Shown: positions 49,221 through 58,357, numbered from the stretch's first letter. The stretch is 59,268 bases of DNA from Patescibacteria group bacterium (GCA_022574775.1 JACZRI010000004.1:1-59268); one strand, 5' to 3'. The notes: generated by a model not told the origin, from the sequence alone. A program made the numbers and translations.

Positions 49221-50273
49221 CTATGGACGGCGTTTCACCACCACTGAATTATGGAGCTCCTCTCCTACCTTGATTTTCTTCACTACTTTCCTTTTCTCAA
49301 CATCAATGATGACTAGTTCGCCAGGCTTATATAAGGGAACAAAAGCAAGAGTTTTATCGGTCGAAAAGGAAATACCGTGCGGTGTTTCTCCAACAGTAAT
49401 TTGGCCAATAATCTTATTTTGCCCTACGTCAATAATAGAGATATAATGCGCTCCGATGTTAGTGACCCAAAGTTCTGTGTCGTTTTTAAAGACAGCAAAT
49501 TCAGTAGCAGCTCCGGTATCAATATGATTTATTTCTTCAAACGTTTCTGCATCTAAAAGATAAATAAAATTACTACCCAGGTTTGTAATAACAATACTAT
49601 TGCCATCAGGAGATAACGCCCAGCCGTGAGGATCAATACCCGAAGCCATCTCTTTTATCACTTTTGACTCAAAACCGTCATTCTTTAACACGGTTATTGA
49701 TCCTTCATCACCAAGATTGGTGGTAAAAATTTTAGAACCGTCTTTGGTAACCCCGATATATTCTGGGTAATCCCCGACATTGACCTTGGTTTGTTTCGTG
49801 AAGGTTGCGGTTTCAATAATCGACAGTGTATTTTCTCTGGCGTTTGCAATAAAAAGAAAGCTGCCATCTGGACTAAACACTACTCCGTGAGCACCATCCC
49901 CAGTTGTGATGGTTTTTTGTAAAGACAAACTCTGAACACTAATGACACTTATCGTATTACTGTAGAAGTTAGCTGTAACGACAAATTTGCCGTCTGGCGA
50001 GAGAGCGATATCATGCGGACCGTGATCAACTTTAATTCGTTTTACGATTTCCCCTTCTTTAGTAAGTACAATAACTTCATCATTTTTGGAATCCTCAACA
50101 AAAACAAGCTCCCTGGCTTCGCTTTCTTGCTCTTCATTTGGCAAGGATACTCCTTTTAATTCTTCTGGTTCTGGAGCTAAAACTTCTGTTCGTTCTTGCA
50201 AAACAAACCATCCTCCGAAAACAAGGAGACCCGTCAATGACAATATGAGTATCGGCAAAAACCTGCTAGGCAT
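49221..50273 (-). CDS. YncE/YVTN beta-propeller protein
   Basis: Repeated PHxxxxSPDG blades; N-terminal TM. Confidence 0.9.
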   Translation of the reverse strand: MPSRFLPILILSLTGLLVFGGWFVLQERTEVLAPEPEELKGVSLPNEEQESEARELVFVEDSKNDEVIVLTKEGEIVKRIKVDHGPHDIALSPDGKFVVTANFYSNTISVISVQSLSLQKTITTGDGAHGVVFSPDGSFLFIANARENTLSIIETATFTKQTKVNVGDYPEYIGVTKDGSKIFTTNLGDEGSITVLKNDGFESKVIKEMASGIDPHGWALSPDGNSIVITNLGSNFIYLLDAETFEEINHIDTGAATEFAVFKNDTELWVTNIGAHYISIIDVGQNKIIGQITVGETPHGISFSTDKTLAFVPLYKPGELVIIDVEKRKVVKKIKVGEELHNSVVVKRRP

Positions 50274-50283
50274 ATTATTGGAC

Positions 50284-51483
50284 TCAATTATTCTTAGGTT
50301 TCAAGCGGATAATTCTGTCGTCTTCTGTCGCCGGGTCGCCCCGTCCGTCTCGGTTGCTGGTAAGAATGTAGAGATTGCCATCCGGCCCCGGTTCTGCCGT
50401 TCTCAACCTTCCGAACTCATTTTCAAGGAGAAAATCATGCTCTTTTACTGATCTATAGTCTGAATCAAAGGTTACTCGGTGAAGGGCCCGTCTGCCCTCT
50501 CCCGGAGTAAATCCCAGGGCCGTGAAGTAGAGCTCTCCTCTCCAGAAAGAAGCTCCGGAGGGCGCCCAAGGTTTCTCTCCACTGCTGAGAATCGGGTCAA
50601 CATACTCTGGCTCACCCGCTTTGCCGGCAACCTCGGGCCAACCGTAATTGGCTCCGGGTTTAATGAGATTAACTTCATCACGACCCGGACCGCGGCCGCG
50701 CATGTCATTCGGATCCGGGCCATGCTCAGTAGCCCAAAGATCGCCGGTGGGACTCCAAGCCAAACCTTGAGGGTTTCTGTGTCCATAACTCCATACCGGA
50801 GAGTCGGGGAAAGGATTGTCTTCTGGCACCGTCCCGTCTGGATTTATACGAAGTATCTTCCCGGCCAGAGAGTTGAGGTCTTGAACAAGGTGCTCCCTGC
50901 CGGCATCTCCGGTGGTAATGTAGAGCTTTTCATCAGGACCGAACTTCATCCTTCCCCCATTGTGAATGCTTGTGCCCGGAATGCCATCCAAAATTACTTC
51001 GCTTATTTCGGCGTAGTCTCCCCTATCTACAAGTTTTAATACTCTGTTCCAAACCAAGCCATCTTCACCAACATAAGTATAATAAATATACACAAACCTG
51101 TTTCGGGAAAAATCGGGGTGCAGAGCAATCCCCAAAAGCCCGGTTTCTTGTCCGCCGGTATAAACATCAAGAATAAAGTAGGGATCTGGCAGAAACTCTC
51201 CGTTTTCTATAACTCGTATTCTTCCCGCCCTCTCGGTAACGAAAATCCTGTCTTCCCAAAAGTCCAGGTCCCAGGGAGCTTCAAGGTTTTCTGCTATCAC
51301 TTCCACTTCAAACCGACTGAAGGGAATATCTTCATCTGCCGAAGCACTCTCATCCGCAGGATGCTCGGATTGAGATGTTAAGGCCTTTTCTTCGGATAAA
51401 AATTGAATGCCAAAAAACCCGGCAATCAAAGCAGCGACAATAATAACGATAACAACAAAAGCAAATTTTATTTGGAAAGACAT
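50284..51483 (-). CDS. PQQ-dependent glucose/sorbosone dehydrogenase family protein
   Basis: PWDLDF, GLLGIALHPDF, HNGGR, YGHRNPQGL, NYGWP. Confidence 0.93.
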   Translation of the reverse strand: MSFQIKFAFVVIVIIVAALIAGFFGIQFLSEEKALTSQSEHPADESASADEDIPFSRFEVEVIAENLEAPWDLDFWEDRIFVTERAGRIRVIENGEFLPDPYFILDVYTGGQETGLLGIALHPDFSRNRFVYIYYTYVGEDGLVWNRVLKLVDRGDYAEISEVILDGIPGTSIHNGGRMKFGPDEKLYITTGDAGREHLVQDLNSLAGKILRINPDGTVPEDNPFPDSPVWSYGHRNPQGLAWSPTGDLWATEHGPDPNDMRGRGPGRDEVNLIKPGANYGWPEVAGKAGEPEYVDPILSSGEKPWAPSGASFWRGELYFTALGFTPGEGRRALHRVTFDSDYRSVKEHDFLLENEFGRLRTAEPGPDGNLYILTSNRDGRGDPATEDDRIIRLKPKNN

Positions 51484-51763
51484 TGTGATTGTGGTTGATG
51501 TTAAAATCCTTTTTCTTTTTTGCGCTGTTATTCAAACCCTCGGCCTCGAATAAAGTTCGGTGTCCTAGACGGGTGCGGATTTAGGGCGTCCTAGACCCGT
51601 CAAGAAAATAGCTTTAAAATAAGCCTCTCGGTCGACCTCGATACTACGCTGACTGGTGCTGGCATCCTCGGTCTAGGACCGTAGGATGGTGTCGGTCACC
51701 TAACTTACCATATAACGGCTGCGGGGTTTGGACAACGTTAGAACCTGTTTGGAATTGCTTTAT

Positions 51764-51961
51764 TTATAACAACTTAAACAACAAAATAATTGAAAGAATT
51801 ATTCCTTCTATTCTAAAGTATAGAATGCAAGTCTTTCTATTATAAAATTTTCTAACAAGTGGGATCCTGCCCCAAAGTTTATAATATATCTCACAAAAAA
51901 ATTTAGGAAATATGAATAAGCCAATAATTAAACCGATCAAAAAGATGTCAAAAATATCCAT
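51764..51961 (-). CDS. Small 2-TM membrane protein (cassette)
   Basis: Hydrophobic ORF bounded by repeats. Confidence 0.55.
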   Translation of the reverse strand: MDIFDIFLIGLIIGLFIFPKFFCEIYYKLWGRIPLVRKFYNRKTCILYFRIEGIILSIILLFKLL

Positions 51962-52065
51962 AGATTTATTTGGTTTTAACTCTTTTATATATCTGATCTT
52001 ATAATATCTTTTAATTTTAAAAAAACAACCAAAAAAACCGCCTTCTTGGCGATTTTGAAATAAAC

Positions 52066-52098
52066 AAAAAGGCGGTGGAATGTAATCGCACCGCTTTT
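52066..52098 (-). terminator. Terminator family C, copy 2
   Basis: AAAAAGGCGGTGGAATGTAATCGCACCGCTTTT. Confidence 0.75.
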
Positions 52099-52167
52099 AT
52101 AGAACTTAAACTTATTTTCTGGCTCTTCTATCGTTTTTTAATCCGCTCTTTCAACCACAAAAGGTCT

Positions 52168-52299
52168 TCATGGCATCCTCTTTTCGCTGGACGACAAACG
52201 TTTTTGCCGAGCGATTCTCCCTGGCTTTTTTCTCATCGCCTTACGATGATCAAAGTTGGGGGTTCTTCTCTTTCTCCACATCCATCGTCTGTAATACAT
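52168..52299 (-). CDS. Putative 43-aa Arg/Lys-rich peptide (not in ORF track)
   Basis: TTGACA-17-TAATAT promoter, AAGGAGG SD, MYYRRWMWRKRRTPNFDHRKAMRKKPGRIARQKRLSSSEKRMP, terminator downstream. Confidence 0.55.
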   Translation of the reverse strand: MYYRRWMWRKRRTPNFDHRKAMRKKPGRIARQKRLSSSEKRMP

Positions 52300-52415
52300 C
52301 AATCCCTCCTTTTAGAAAATGTGCTGTTTACTACTTCGATATTATTACAGACCCTTTTCTTTGTCAAACAAAAACCGCCTTCTTAGCGATTTCTATATTT
52401 TTATAATCATGGTAT

Positions 52416-52865
52416 TTAATTTTTAAATTCCTCCCTAACTTCCATCCAAAGTTTCCCCAAGTGATTTTCTCCATCTTTATTGGGTCCCCAGCCCCAATAT
52501 GAATCACGCCAAGAATCTTCGATAATCTCTTTGTCTCCTGATTCAGTTAGTTTCTTTTTTACATAGGGGTGCTGTTCGACTTTTACTCGCAAAATTTCTT
52601 TCATCACCTTTAATTTAATCGTATCCCAATCAGCTCTATATTTGCCTTTATTTGATTGTGCCAACTTAAGGGCGTCATGTGCAGAACGAGCATTCCTTAT
52701 TTGCTCTTTTAAATTTATGTCTTCAAATTTCTCTGAATGATAAGCGTGTTCTGAGGTCATGTATAATTTATTTTTCCACTCAATCGTAAAAGAAGAAAAA
52801 TTGGAGAACACATAAAATTCGTGCTCATAAAAGAAAATTTGTTTATCTGTATCACTACCGTGCAT
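52416..52865 (-). CDS. NADAR (YbiA/DUF1768) family protein (cassette)
   Basis: FSNF, TSEHAYHSEKF, DSYWGWG...GENHLGKLWMEVR. Confidence 0.93.
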   Translation of the reverse strand: MHGSDTDKQIFFYEHEFYVFSNFSSFTIEWKNKLYMTSEHAYHSEKFEDINLKEQIRNARSAHDALKLAQSNKGKYRADWDTIKLKVMKEILRVKVEQHPYVKKKLTESGDKEIIEDSWRDSYWGWGPNKDGENHLGKLWMEVREEFKN

Positions 52866-53146
52866 AATAGTTGTATTCTATCAAAAAACCGTCTTCCCCT
52901 CCATAGGCAGATAAATTGGCGATTTTGAAATTCGTAAATAACACCTCTCGGTCGGCCTCGATACTACGCTGACTGGTGCTGGCACAGAACCAGTCGGTTC
53001 GTGCCTAGCAACGCACCGTATGGTACTGTTGCTGCGGGGCGTGAAAGAAGTTAGAACCTGGATTATAGTTAATGGCGCTACTTTCAGAGTACCTGATCTC
53101 GCTCCACAGGCTTAGTTACCCTTCTAAATAAAAAGGCGGTGGGATG

Positions 53147-53500
53147 TTATCGCACCGCTTGGACTGTTGTTTTTTCTGTAAAAACTTGGGAAAAAGCTCT
53201 AAAAATATCTATATCATTCCAGTGATTTACGCACAAATGAATAATAATGTGTGTCCCGAATTTACCCTTCAAGAAAAAACTTACGAGACCAACCGAAGGA
53301 GTTTTTTTACAGAGTGTACATTCATTTGAATGAATACCTTGATGTACATAAAATTGGGTTTCAATATCTAGAAGAAGAGCGCCATGGCATCTGAACGGTC
53401 CGTTTCCCCACTCCCGCGGTTCCCCTTCCTCAGGAAACCACTCGTGAAGCGTATGTGGATTGCTCACTCCACAGAATTTTGGTGCTGTTTGGCTACTCAT
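53147..53500 (-). CDS. Hypothetical Cys/His-containing protein (cassette)
   Basis: TTGACA-17-TAATAT, AAGGAGGT SD; CTLC and HLC; stop lies inside terminator C (53130-53160). Confidence 0.7.
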   Translation of the reverse strand: MSSQTAPKFCGVSNPHTLHEWFPEEGEPREWGNGPFRCHGALLLDIETQFYVHQGIHSNECTLCKKTPSVGLVSFFLKGKFGTHIIIHLCVNHWNDIDIFRAFSQVFTEKTTVQAVR

Positions 53501-53644
53501 ACTATTATGTACCTCCTTGGTAATGTGCAGACTAACGAACTACTAAGATATTATTACAAACTTCGTTTTTTGTCAAACAAAAAACCGCCGAAATGGTGAT
53601 TTTTCGGACGACGTTAGAACCTACTTCTCCTCGAAGGTTTTAGT

Positions 53645-54028
53645 TTAATTCTCCAGGGCCTCCTTTAGTCTCTCTAATATTTCTTGAATAAATGGCTCAT
53701 CAAGCTCTCCCGTATCTACCCATTCATAGTACTCAAGCTCCGTAGTGTTCTCATCCACTAGTGTAAAGGTATACCTGACGTGATAACCGCTATTCTTTTT
53801 ATCCCATACAAACATCTTATTTTCCCTAAACTCGGCTACGGTATATTCAGACCAATTTCCGTCTTTGTCTTGATTTCTGTAGATACTTCCCTGCTTTGCT
53901 GGCCACTCATTTACTTGTTCACTGATTACTGAATCTATCCACAGAGGAGTGTTATGAGGGTTTATAGTAAAAGCAAAAACCTCTGGAACGGGTTTGTTGA
54001 TCTGAATCGTTAGCTTATTCTCTCGCAT
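53645..54028 (-). CDS. SRPBCC/START-like protein (cassette)
   Basis: [13 protein letters not shown]...W...LERLKEALE. Confidence 0.85.
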   Translation of the reverse strand: MRENKLTIQINKPVPEVFAFTINPHNTPLWIDSVISEQVNEWPAKQGSIYRNQDKDGNWSEYTVAEFRENKMFVWDKKNSGYHVRYTFTLVDENTTELEYYEWVDTGELDEPFIQEILERLKEALEN

Positions 54029-54248
54029 TGTGATTTTTGTTATTCAAAATTGTTAGCTGCGGGGCTTGGACGACGTTAGAACCTCTCTCCAGGATATTTT
54101 ATGTCCTATTTCTGTTTAAAATGGGTATTACCCCACCCCGCTACTCACTATTTCTTTATTTAAAAAGCAAAAGTCTCCTAACTGGCTGCTAAGAGACCTT
54201 CTTGAGCCGAAGCCCTTATTGGGAGATGGGAAATCAGTTGTTCAGGTC

Positions 54249-54509
54249 TCATTCTCCCTTGATGTTTTGGTGATATTCTTTACGATAGCGATTGAAACGT
54301 GGTCGCCAGCTTATCCAAAAGGCTGACGCAATCCAAAGGAGAAGAATAATCACCAAGTCAAAAACGTCAAGAGAAGCGAAGAGTGGAAAGCCTATAAATA
54401 TACCAATGAGTAGTGCAAAAAGAAATAGATGGGTTTCAATCCAGAATCCCTTATCTCTTATTATTTTTCGAACAACCCAGTCCATCATTTTACTGTCGTT
54501 TTCTTGCAT
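54249..54509 (-). CDS. Small 2-TM membrane protein (cassette)
   Basis: TTGACA-17-TATAGT and GGAGGT before MQEND. Confidence 0.7.
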   Translation of the reverse strand: MQENDSKMMDWVVRKIIRDKGFWIETHLFLFALLIGIFIGFPLFASLDVFDLVIILLLWIASAFWISWRPRFNRYRKEYHQNIKGE

Positions 54510-54558
54510 TTTTACCTCCTCTATTCCTACTATACATCCATACTTTAAATTTGTCAAG

Positions 54559-54683
54559 AAAAAAATGCCAGGGACAGAGTTGCTATTCTCTACCCCTGGC
54601 TTGAGGTGGTTAGGCTGGTAGGCTTTACCGAAATAGGGAGGGAACCCTAAGATTTTCGGCTTAGCACCACAGCCAGACCTATC
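54559..54683 (-). ncRNA. Candidate structured small RNA
   Basis: Promoter-like TTGACA..TGcTAACTT, long rod hairpin, then GCCAGGG..CCCTGGC-T7 terminator; no ORF. Confidence 0.5.
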
Positions 54684-54757
54684 TATAAGTTAGCATAGAT
54701 TACAAATACCTGTCAAACAAAAAACCGCCTTCTTGGCGATTTTTAAGAATAAAAGAG

Positions 54758-55354
54758 CTATCTACCTGCGTTCGGGATTTTAAGCCATTTATTCGCTGTC
54801 AAATGCCAGTCTGCAACATTTGCTTCTTGGATTTTATCCCATAGTCCTCTTGCAGATTTGGTATATAATTTTTCGTTGCGAACCTGTTTGCGAAACCTTC
54901 TCCATTTTTTCGGTAATTGCGATCCTCTTTCCTCAAGCTCTTTGAGTTCCAAGTCTATATCTAAATTATCTGCGTCTTTCACAATTTTTGCTTCTTTTGA
55001 TTTTCTTTCTTCATATTCTTTGAGAATATCTTTATGAAAATTAGCTAAACTTGTTTTTGTAAAAGTATCTTTTGCTGCCAGGTTTCCTTGCTCTTTCACA
55101 TAAACCTTTTGAACGTAGCTATGATCTGCTGTCCTTATTTCTGCTATATCATGTATCAGGGCCATTTTGATAATTTTTTCTTCATTTTTTACTTTCTCTT
55201 TTCTTGCAAGAATGAGGGCTAACCAGATAACTCGTAAAGTATGTTCTAAAACACTTGCGCAGTCCATTCCTAAATGCTGGCGCCATCCTCGCGGGACATT
55301 GCGAAGCGATCCAACCTCAAATAGAAATTCTATATCTCTTTTATTCACAGCCAT
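54758..55354 (-). CDS. HD-domain hydrolase (YfbR/HDDC2-like, cassette)
   Basis: PRGW, SVLEH, ALIHDIAE, VKDADNLD. Confidence 0.9.
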   Translation of the reverse strand: MAVNKRDIEFLFEVGSLRNVPRGWRQHLGMDCASVLEHTLRVIWLALILARKEKVKNEEKIIKMALIHDIAEIRTADHSYVQKVYVKEQGNLAAKDTFTKTSLANFHKDILKEYEERKSKEAKIVKDADNLDIDLELKELEERGSQLPKKWRRFRKQVRNEKLYTKSARGLWDKIQEANVADWHLTANKWLKIPNAGR

Positions 55355-55488
55355 AATTTAATTTTCGGATATTATATTTATTCTATATCAAATTTTTTAA
55401 TCGAACAAGCCAAAAACAAAAAAACCGCCTTCTTGGCGATTGATTTTCATAGCTGCGAGGCTTGGGCAACGTTAGAACCTGTTTAACA

Positions 55489-55896
55489 TCAATTTAATGA
55501 GAATAATGCCTTCAGCCAATCTCCTCTAAGTGGTAATTGTTTTATATCATCCTTAGTAAACCATTTCACGTCTAATAAATCTTCTTTATCAATTTTTAAT
55601 TCTCCTCCTATTATTTCACCCTCAAAAAAGTTTAATTCTATTATTTTATCATTATCCTTCTCCCCACCTTTGTATTCTGACCCAGCTACTATTTTAGATT
55701 CTAATTTTCTAATTATTTTAATAGTATAACCAGTTTCTTCTTTTGTTTCCCGTATTGCACTTTCTTCTAACGATTCCTCTGGATCCACGTGTCCAAGAGG
55801 AATTGACCACAATCCCAAAGATTGCCCTTTTTCTTGAACCAAGAGAATCCTATCATCTTTCTCTATGTAAACACCAACTACCTTGACTTTATCCAT
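55489..55896 (-). CDS. Nudix hydrolase (cassette)
   Basis: G..DPEES..ESAIRETKEETG. Confidence 0.93.
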   Translation of the reverse strand: MDKVKVVGVYIEKDDRILLVQEKGQSLGLWSIPLGHVDPEESLEESAIRETKEETGYTIKIIRKLESKIVAGSEYKGGEKDNDKIIELNFFEGEIIGGELKIDKEDLLDVKWFTKDDIKQLPLRGDWLKALFSLN

Positions 55897-55954
55897 TATT
55901 TCATTCTATCAAAAAACCGCCTTCTTGGCGATTTTTTAATAAATATTGGATATA

Positions 55955-56479
55955 TTATGATTTACTACTTAAACGCATATAAATACACTTTGCTTTAAGT
56001 CTTTTAGGCCACTCTGCCCAATGACGATAGAAAGCCTTTTTCTTTCGGTCAATCTTAAATCCCCATTTTTTATACATATTAATTGTTTTAAGTTGATGCG
56101 CGTATATATCAAGGGTAATATCTTTACGCTTAGCAAAATTTAAAGCATGCTTCCAGAGTTGTTTCCCTATTCCTCGCCCTTGATACTTAGGCAAAACGTA
56201 AAATCCTCTTAGCTCATACTCCTTACCTTTATCAGTACGAGTAATGGAACCTATCATCTCTGATTTTAAAAAAACGACCCATGTTTTTTGCTTTTTAGTT
56301 AAGGTAAGATTTGATCTCAGATAATCTTGTATTCTTAAAGAAGAAAATACTTTTTTTGAGAAATGTTTCTTTGTTAATCCGATTTTTTTATTGGTATAAG
56401 CATCTTGAAATGTTTTTTGATGCAAAATGGTATATGCGACGAGGTCACTTTTTTTCGCTAGTCTTATGGAAAGTTTCAT
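55955..56479 (-). CDS. GNAT acetyltransferase (cassette)
   Basis: YVLPKYQGRGIG, MYKKWGF. Confidence 0.92.
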   Translation of the reverse strand: MKLSIRLAKKSDLVAYTILHQKTFQDAYTNKKIGLTKKHFSKKVFSSLRIQDYLRSNLTLTKKQKTWVVFLKSEMIGSITRTDKGKEYELRGFYVLPKYQGRGIGKQLWKHALNFAKRKDITLDIYAHQLKTINMYKKWGFKIDRKKKAFYRHWAEWPKRLKAKCIYMRLSSKS

Positions 56480-56717
56480 AAATAAAGTTAATGAATAAAT
56501 GTATTGTTTAATCCTACCAAAAAACCGCCTTCTTGGCGATTGATTTATGGCCTATCAAATGGGACTCAAAACGAACCCGTCTCGGTCAGGGTGTTTTTAA
56601 GCTAAAATGAGACAAATGAGACACTACTTAAGGGTATATTTTGGTGTCTCGTTCCAAAAAATTGTGGATCTTTTTTAGGCAGTATACCTTTAATTTCTTA
56701 GCGCCTTTTTTCTTTCT

Positions 56718-57941
56718 CTATTCAATAAATGTTAGCGCCATCCCCCGTTTATTCCAACGACCGGTCCGACCGATGCGATGAATGTAGTCAGTATAGGTTG
56801 CAGGTATGTCATAGTTTATGACGTGACTGATGTCTGCAATATCCAGTCCACGGGCTGCAACATCAGTTGCTACCAGCACCTGAATGTTATTATTCTTGAA
56901 TAAACCCAGGGCTCTTTGGCGCTGAGAGTTATTCTTGTTTCCATGTATGGATTCCACCTTAAAACCGTTGTTAAAAAGCGTTTTTGACAGTCTCTCCACC
57001 CCGTGCTTGGTTCTTCCGAAGATAAGAACCTTGTTGAATTCTATCTGATTTAAAAGTTCATTAAGAACATCTAATTTGGTCTTTCCGCGCTCTATTCTGA
57101 TAATATTCTGTTCAACGTTTTCTGCGGTGTCTCTGGTCTTGACCGAAACCCTGATCGGGACCCTAAGAAACTCTTTAATAAACCTTTCTATATCATGGGA
57201 AAGAGTGGCTGAGAAAAAAAATACTTGGCGATCTTTAGGCATTCCATTCATTATGAAACGGGTGTCATTTATAAATCCCATATCAAGCATCCGGTCTGCT
57301 TCATCCAGCACTATATTATTGAACCTGGATAAATTGATCATTTTTTTCTCTGCCAGATCCTTCAATCTTCCGGGTGTTCCGATGATTGCGTTGTATTTGT
57401 AGCGGAGATTTGAAATCTGCCTGCCTATACTCATTCCCCCTACGCAGCAAACGGAAAACAGCCTCATTCCCTTGGTAAATGATTTGAATTCCTGATCTAT
57501 CTGCAAGGCAAGTTCTCTAGTCGGAGCAATAATCAAAACCTGTTCTTTTGGGTTAATTATGATTTTATTGATTAGAGGTAAAAGAAAAGCAGCTGTTTTT
57601 CCCGTTCCGGTATTAGCAACTCCAACAATATCAGAACCGTTGATGGCGTAAGGAATAACCTTGTCCTGAATCGGCGTAGGCACTTTATAACCCCTGGCCG
57701 CAACAATCTGCTTCAGGCTTTGGTCAATCTTAAAATCCTGAAACTTGTGTTCAGGTTTAAAAATATCAACTTTTTCGGCCATAACCGCTTTGTTGATAAA
57801 TTTGACGGGGTTTATTCTTTCCCCGCCCGAGCCCTTCTTCTGTCCCCTATTAAAGGAATTAGAACGGCCTCTTCTCTTGAATCGAGAAGATTTGAACAAG
57901 AATTTTCTTGATCTATCGTTTTTAAAACTTCTTCTGTGCAT
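56718..57941 (-). CDS. DEAD-box RNA helicase
   Basis: PTPIQ, TGTGKT, PTRELA, DEAD, SAT, HRIGRTGR. Confidence 0.97.
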   Translation of the reverse strand: MHRRSFKNDRSRKFLFKSSRFKRRGRSNSFNRGQKKGSGGERINPVKFINKAVMAEKVDIFKPEHKFQDFKIDQSLKQIVAARGYKVPTPIQDKVIPYAINGSDIVGVANTGTGKTAAFLLPLINKIIINPKEQVLIIAPTRELALQIDQEFKSFTKGMRLFSVCCVGGMSIGRQISNLRYKYNAIIGTPGRLKDLAEKKMINLSRFNNIVLDEADRMLDMGFINDTRFIMNGMPKDRQVFFFSATLSHDIERFIKEFLRVPIRVSVKTRDTAENVEQNIIRIERGKTKLDVLNELLNQIEFNKVLIFGRTKHGVERLSKTLFNNGFKVESIHGNKNNSQRQRALGLFKNNNIQVLVATDVAARGLDIADISHVINYDIPATYTDYIHRIGRTGRWNKRGMALTFIE

Positions 57942-58097
57942 ATTTTTTAAAGGGAATTACCCCCATAACATCTAGTCATTATAAATAAAAAAAGGCGACT
58001 AGTTAGTCTCCGAGTTTTCAGATAAAACGCTAAGGCTTTAAAATTTTTAAGAGAGTGTTCCTAAAAAATAAAAACTATGAGATTCAATTATATTAAT

Positions 58098-58126
58098 AGT
58101 ATATATCAATACTAATATTTTGTCAA
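58098..58126 (-). promoter_or_regulatory. Sigma70 promoter of the helicase (about 150 nt leader)
   Basis: TTGACA-17-TATACT. Confidence 0.7.
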
Positions 58127-58357
58127 TCTTTTATACCTGAATTCTAACAAAAAATCGCTAATAAGGCGATTTTAGAATTCGTAAATAACGAGTCTCGGTC
58201 ACCTGACTTAGCATAGGATGGCTGCGGGGCTTGGACGACGTTAGAACCTGTTTGATGGCAATTTAGCAGGGGGGTCGTCTAGCGGATGAAATTAGAACCT
58301 GTTTTGGATAAAAAAAGGCCTCTGAGCGAAAGCTAGAGGCTTAGGAAATGAATATAA

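Larger units (their letters stand above)
37816..54157 (+). repeat. Family D repeats, TTACCCTACTCTGCTACTCGCTATTTCTT
   Basis: Copies near 37816, 43266, 44064, 48455, 48983, 54128. Confidence 0.88.

Noticed and set aside
16467..57975. Numerous + strand ORFs antisense to long - strand genes
   Set aside because: They are shadows of well-supported genes and carry no motifs or expression signals.
58267..58300. tRNA gene starting GGGGGGTCGTCTAGCGG
   Set aside because: No anticodon or T arm follows; better read as a variant B tail (GRLADEIRT).
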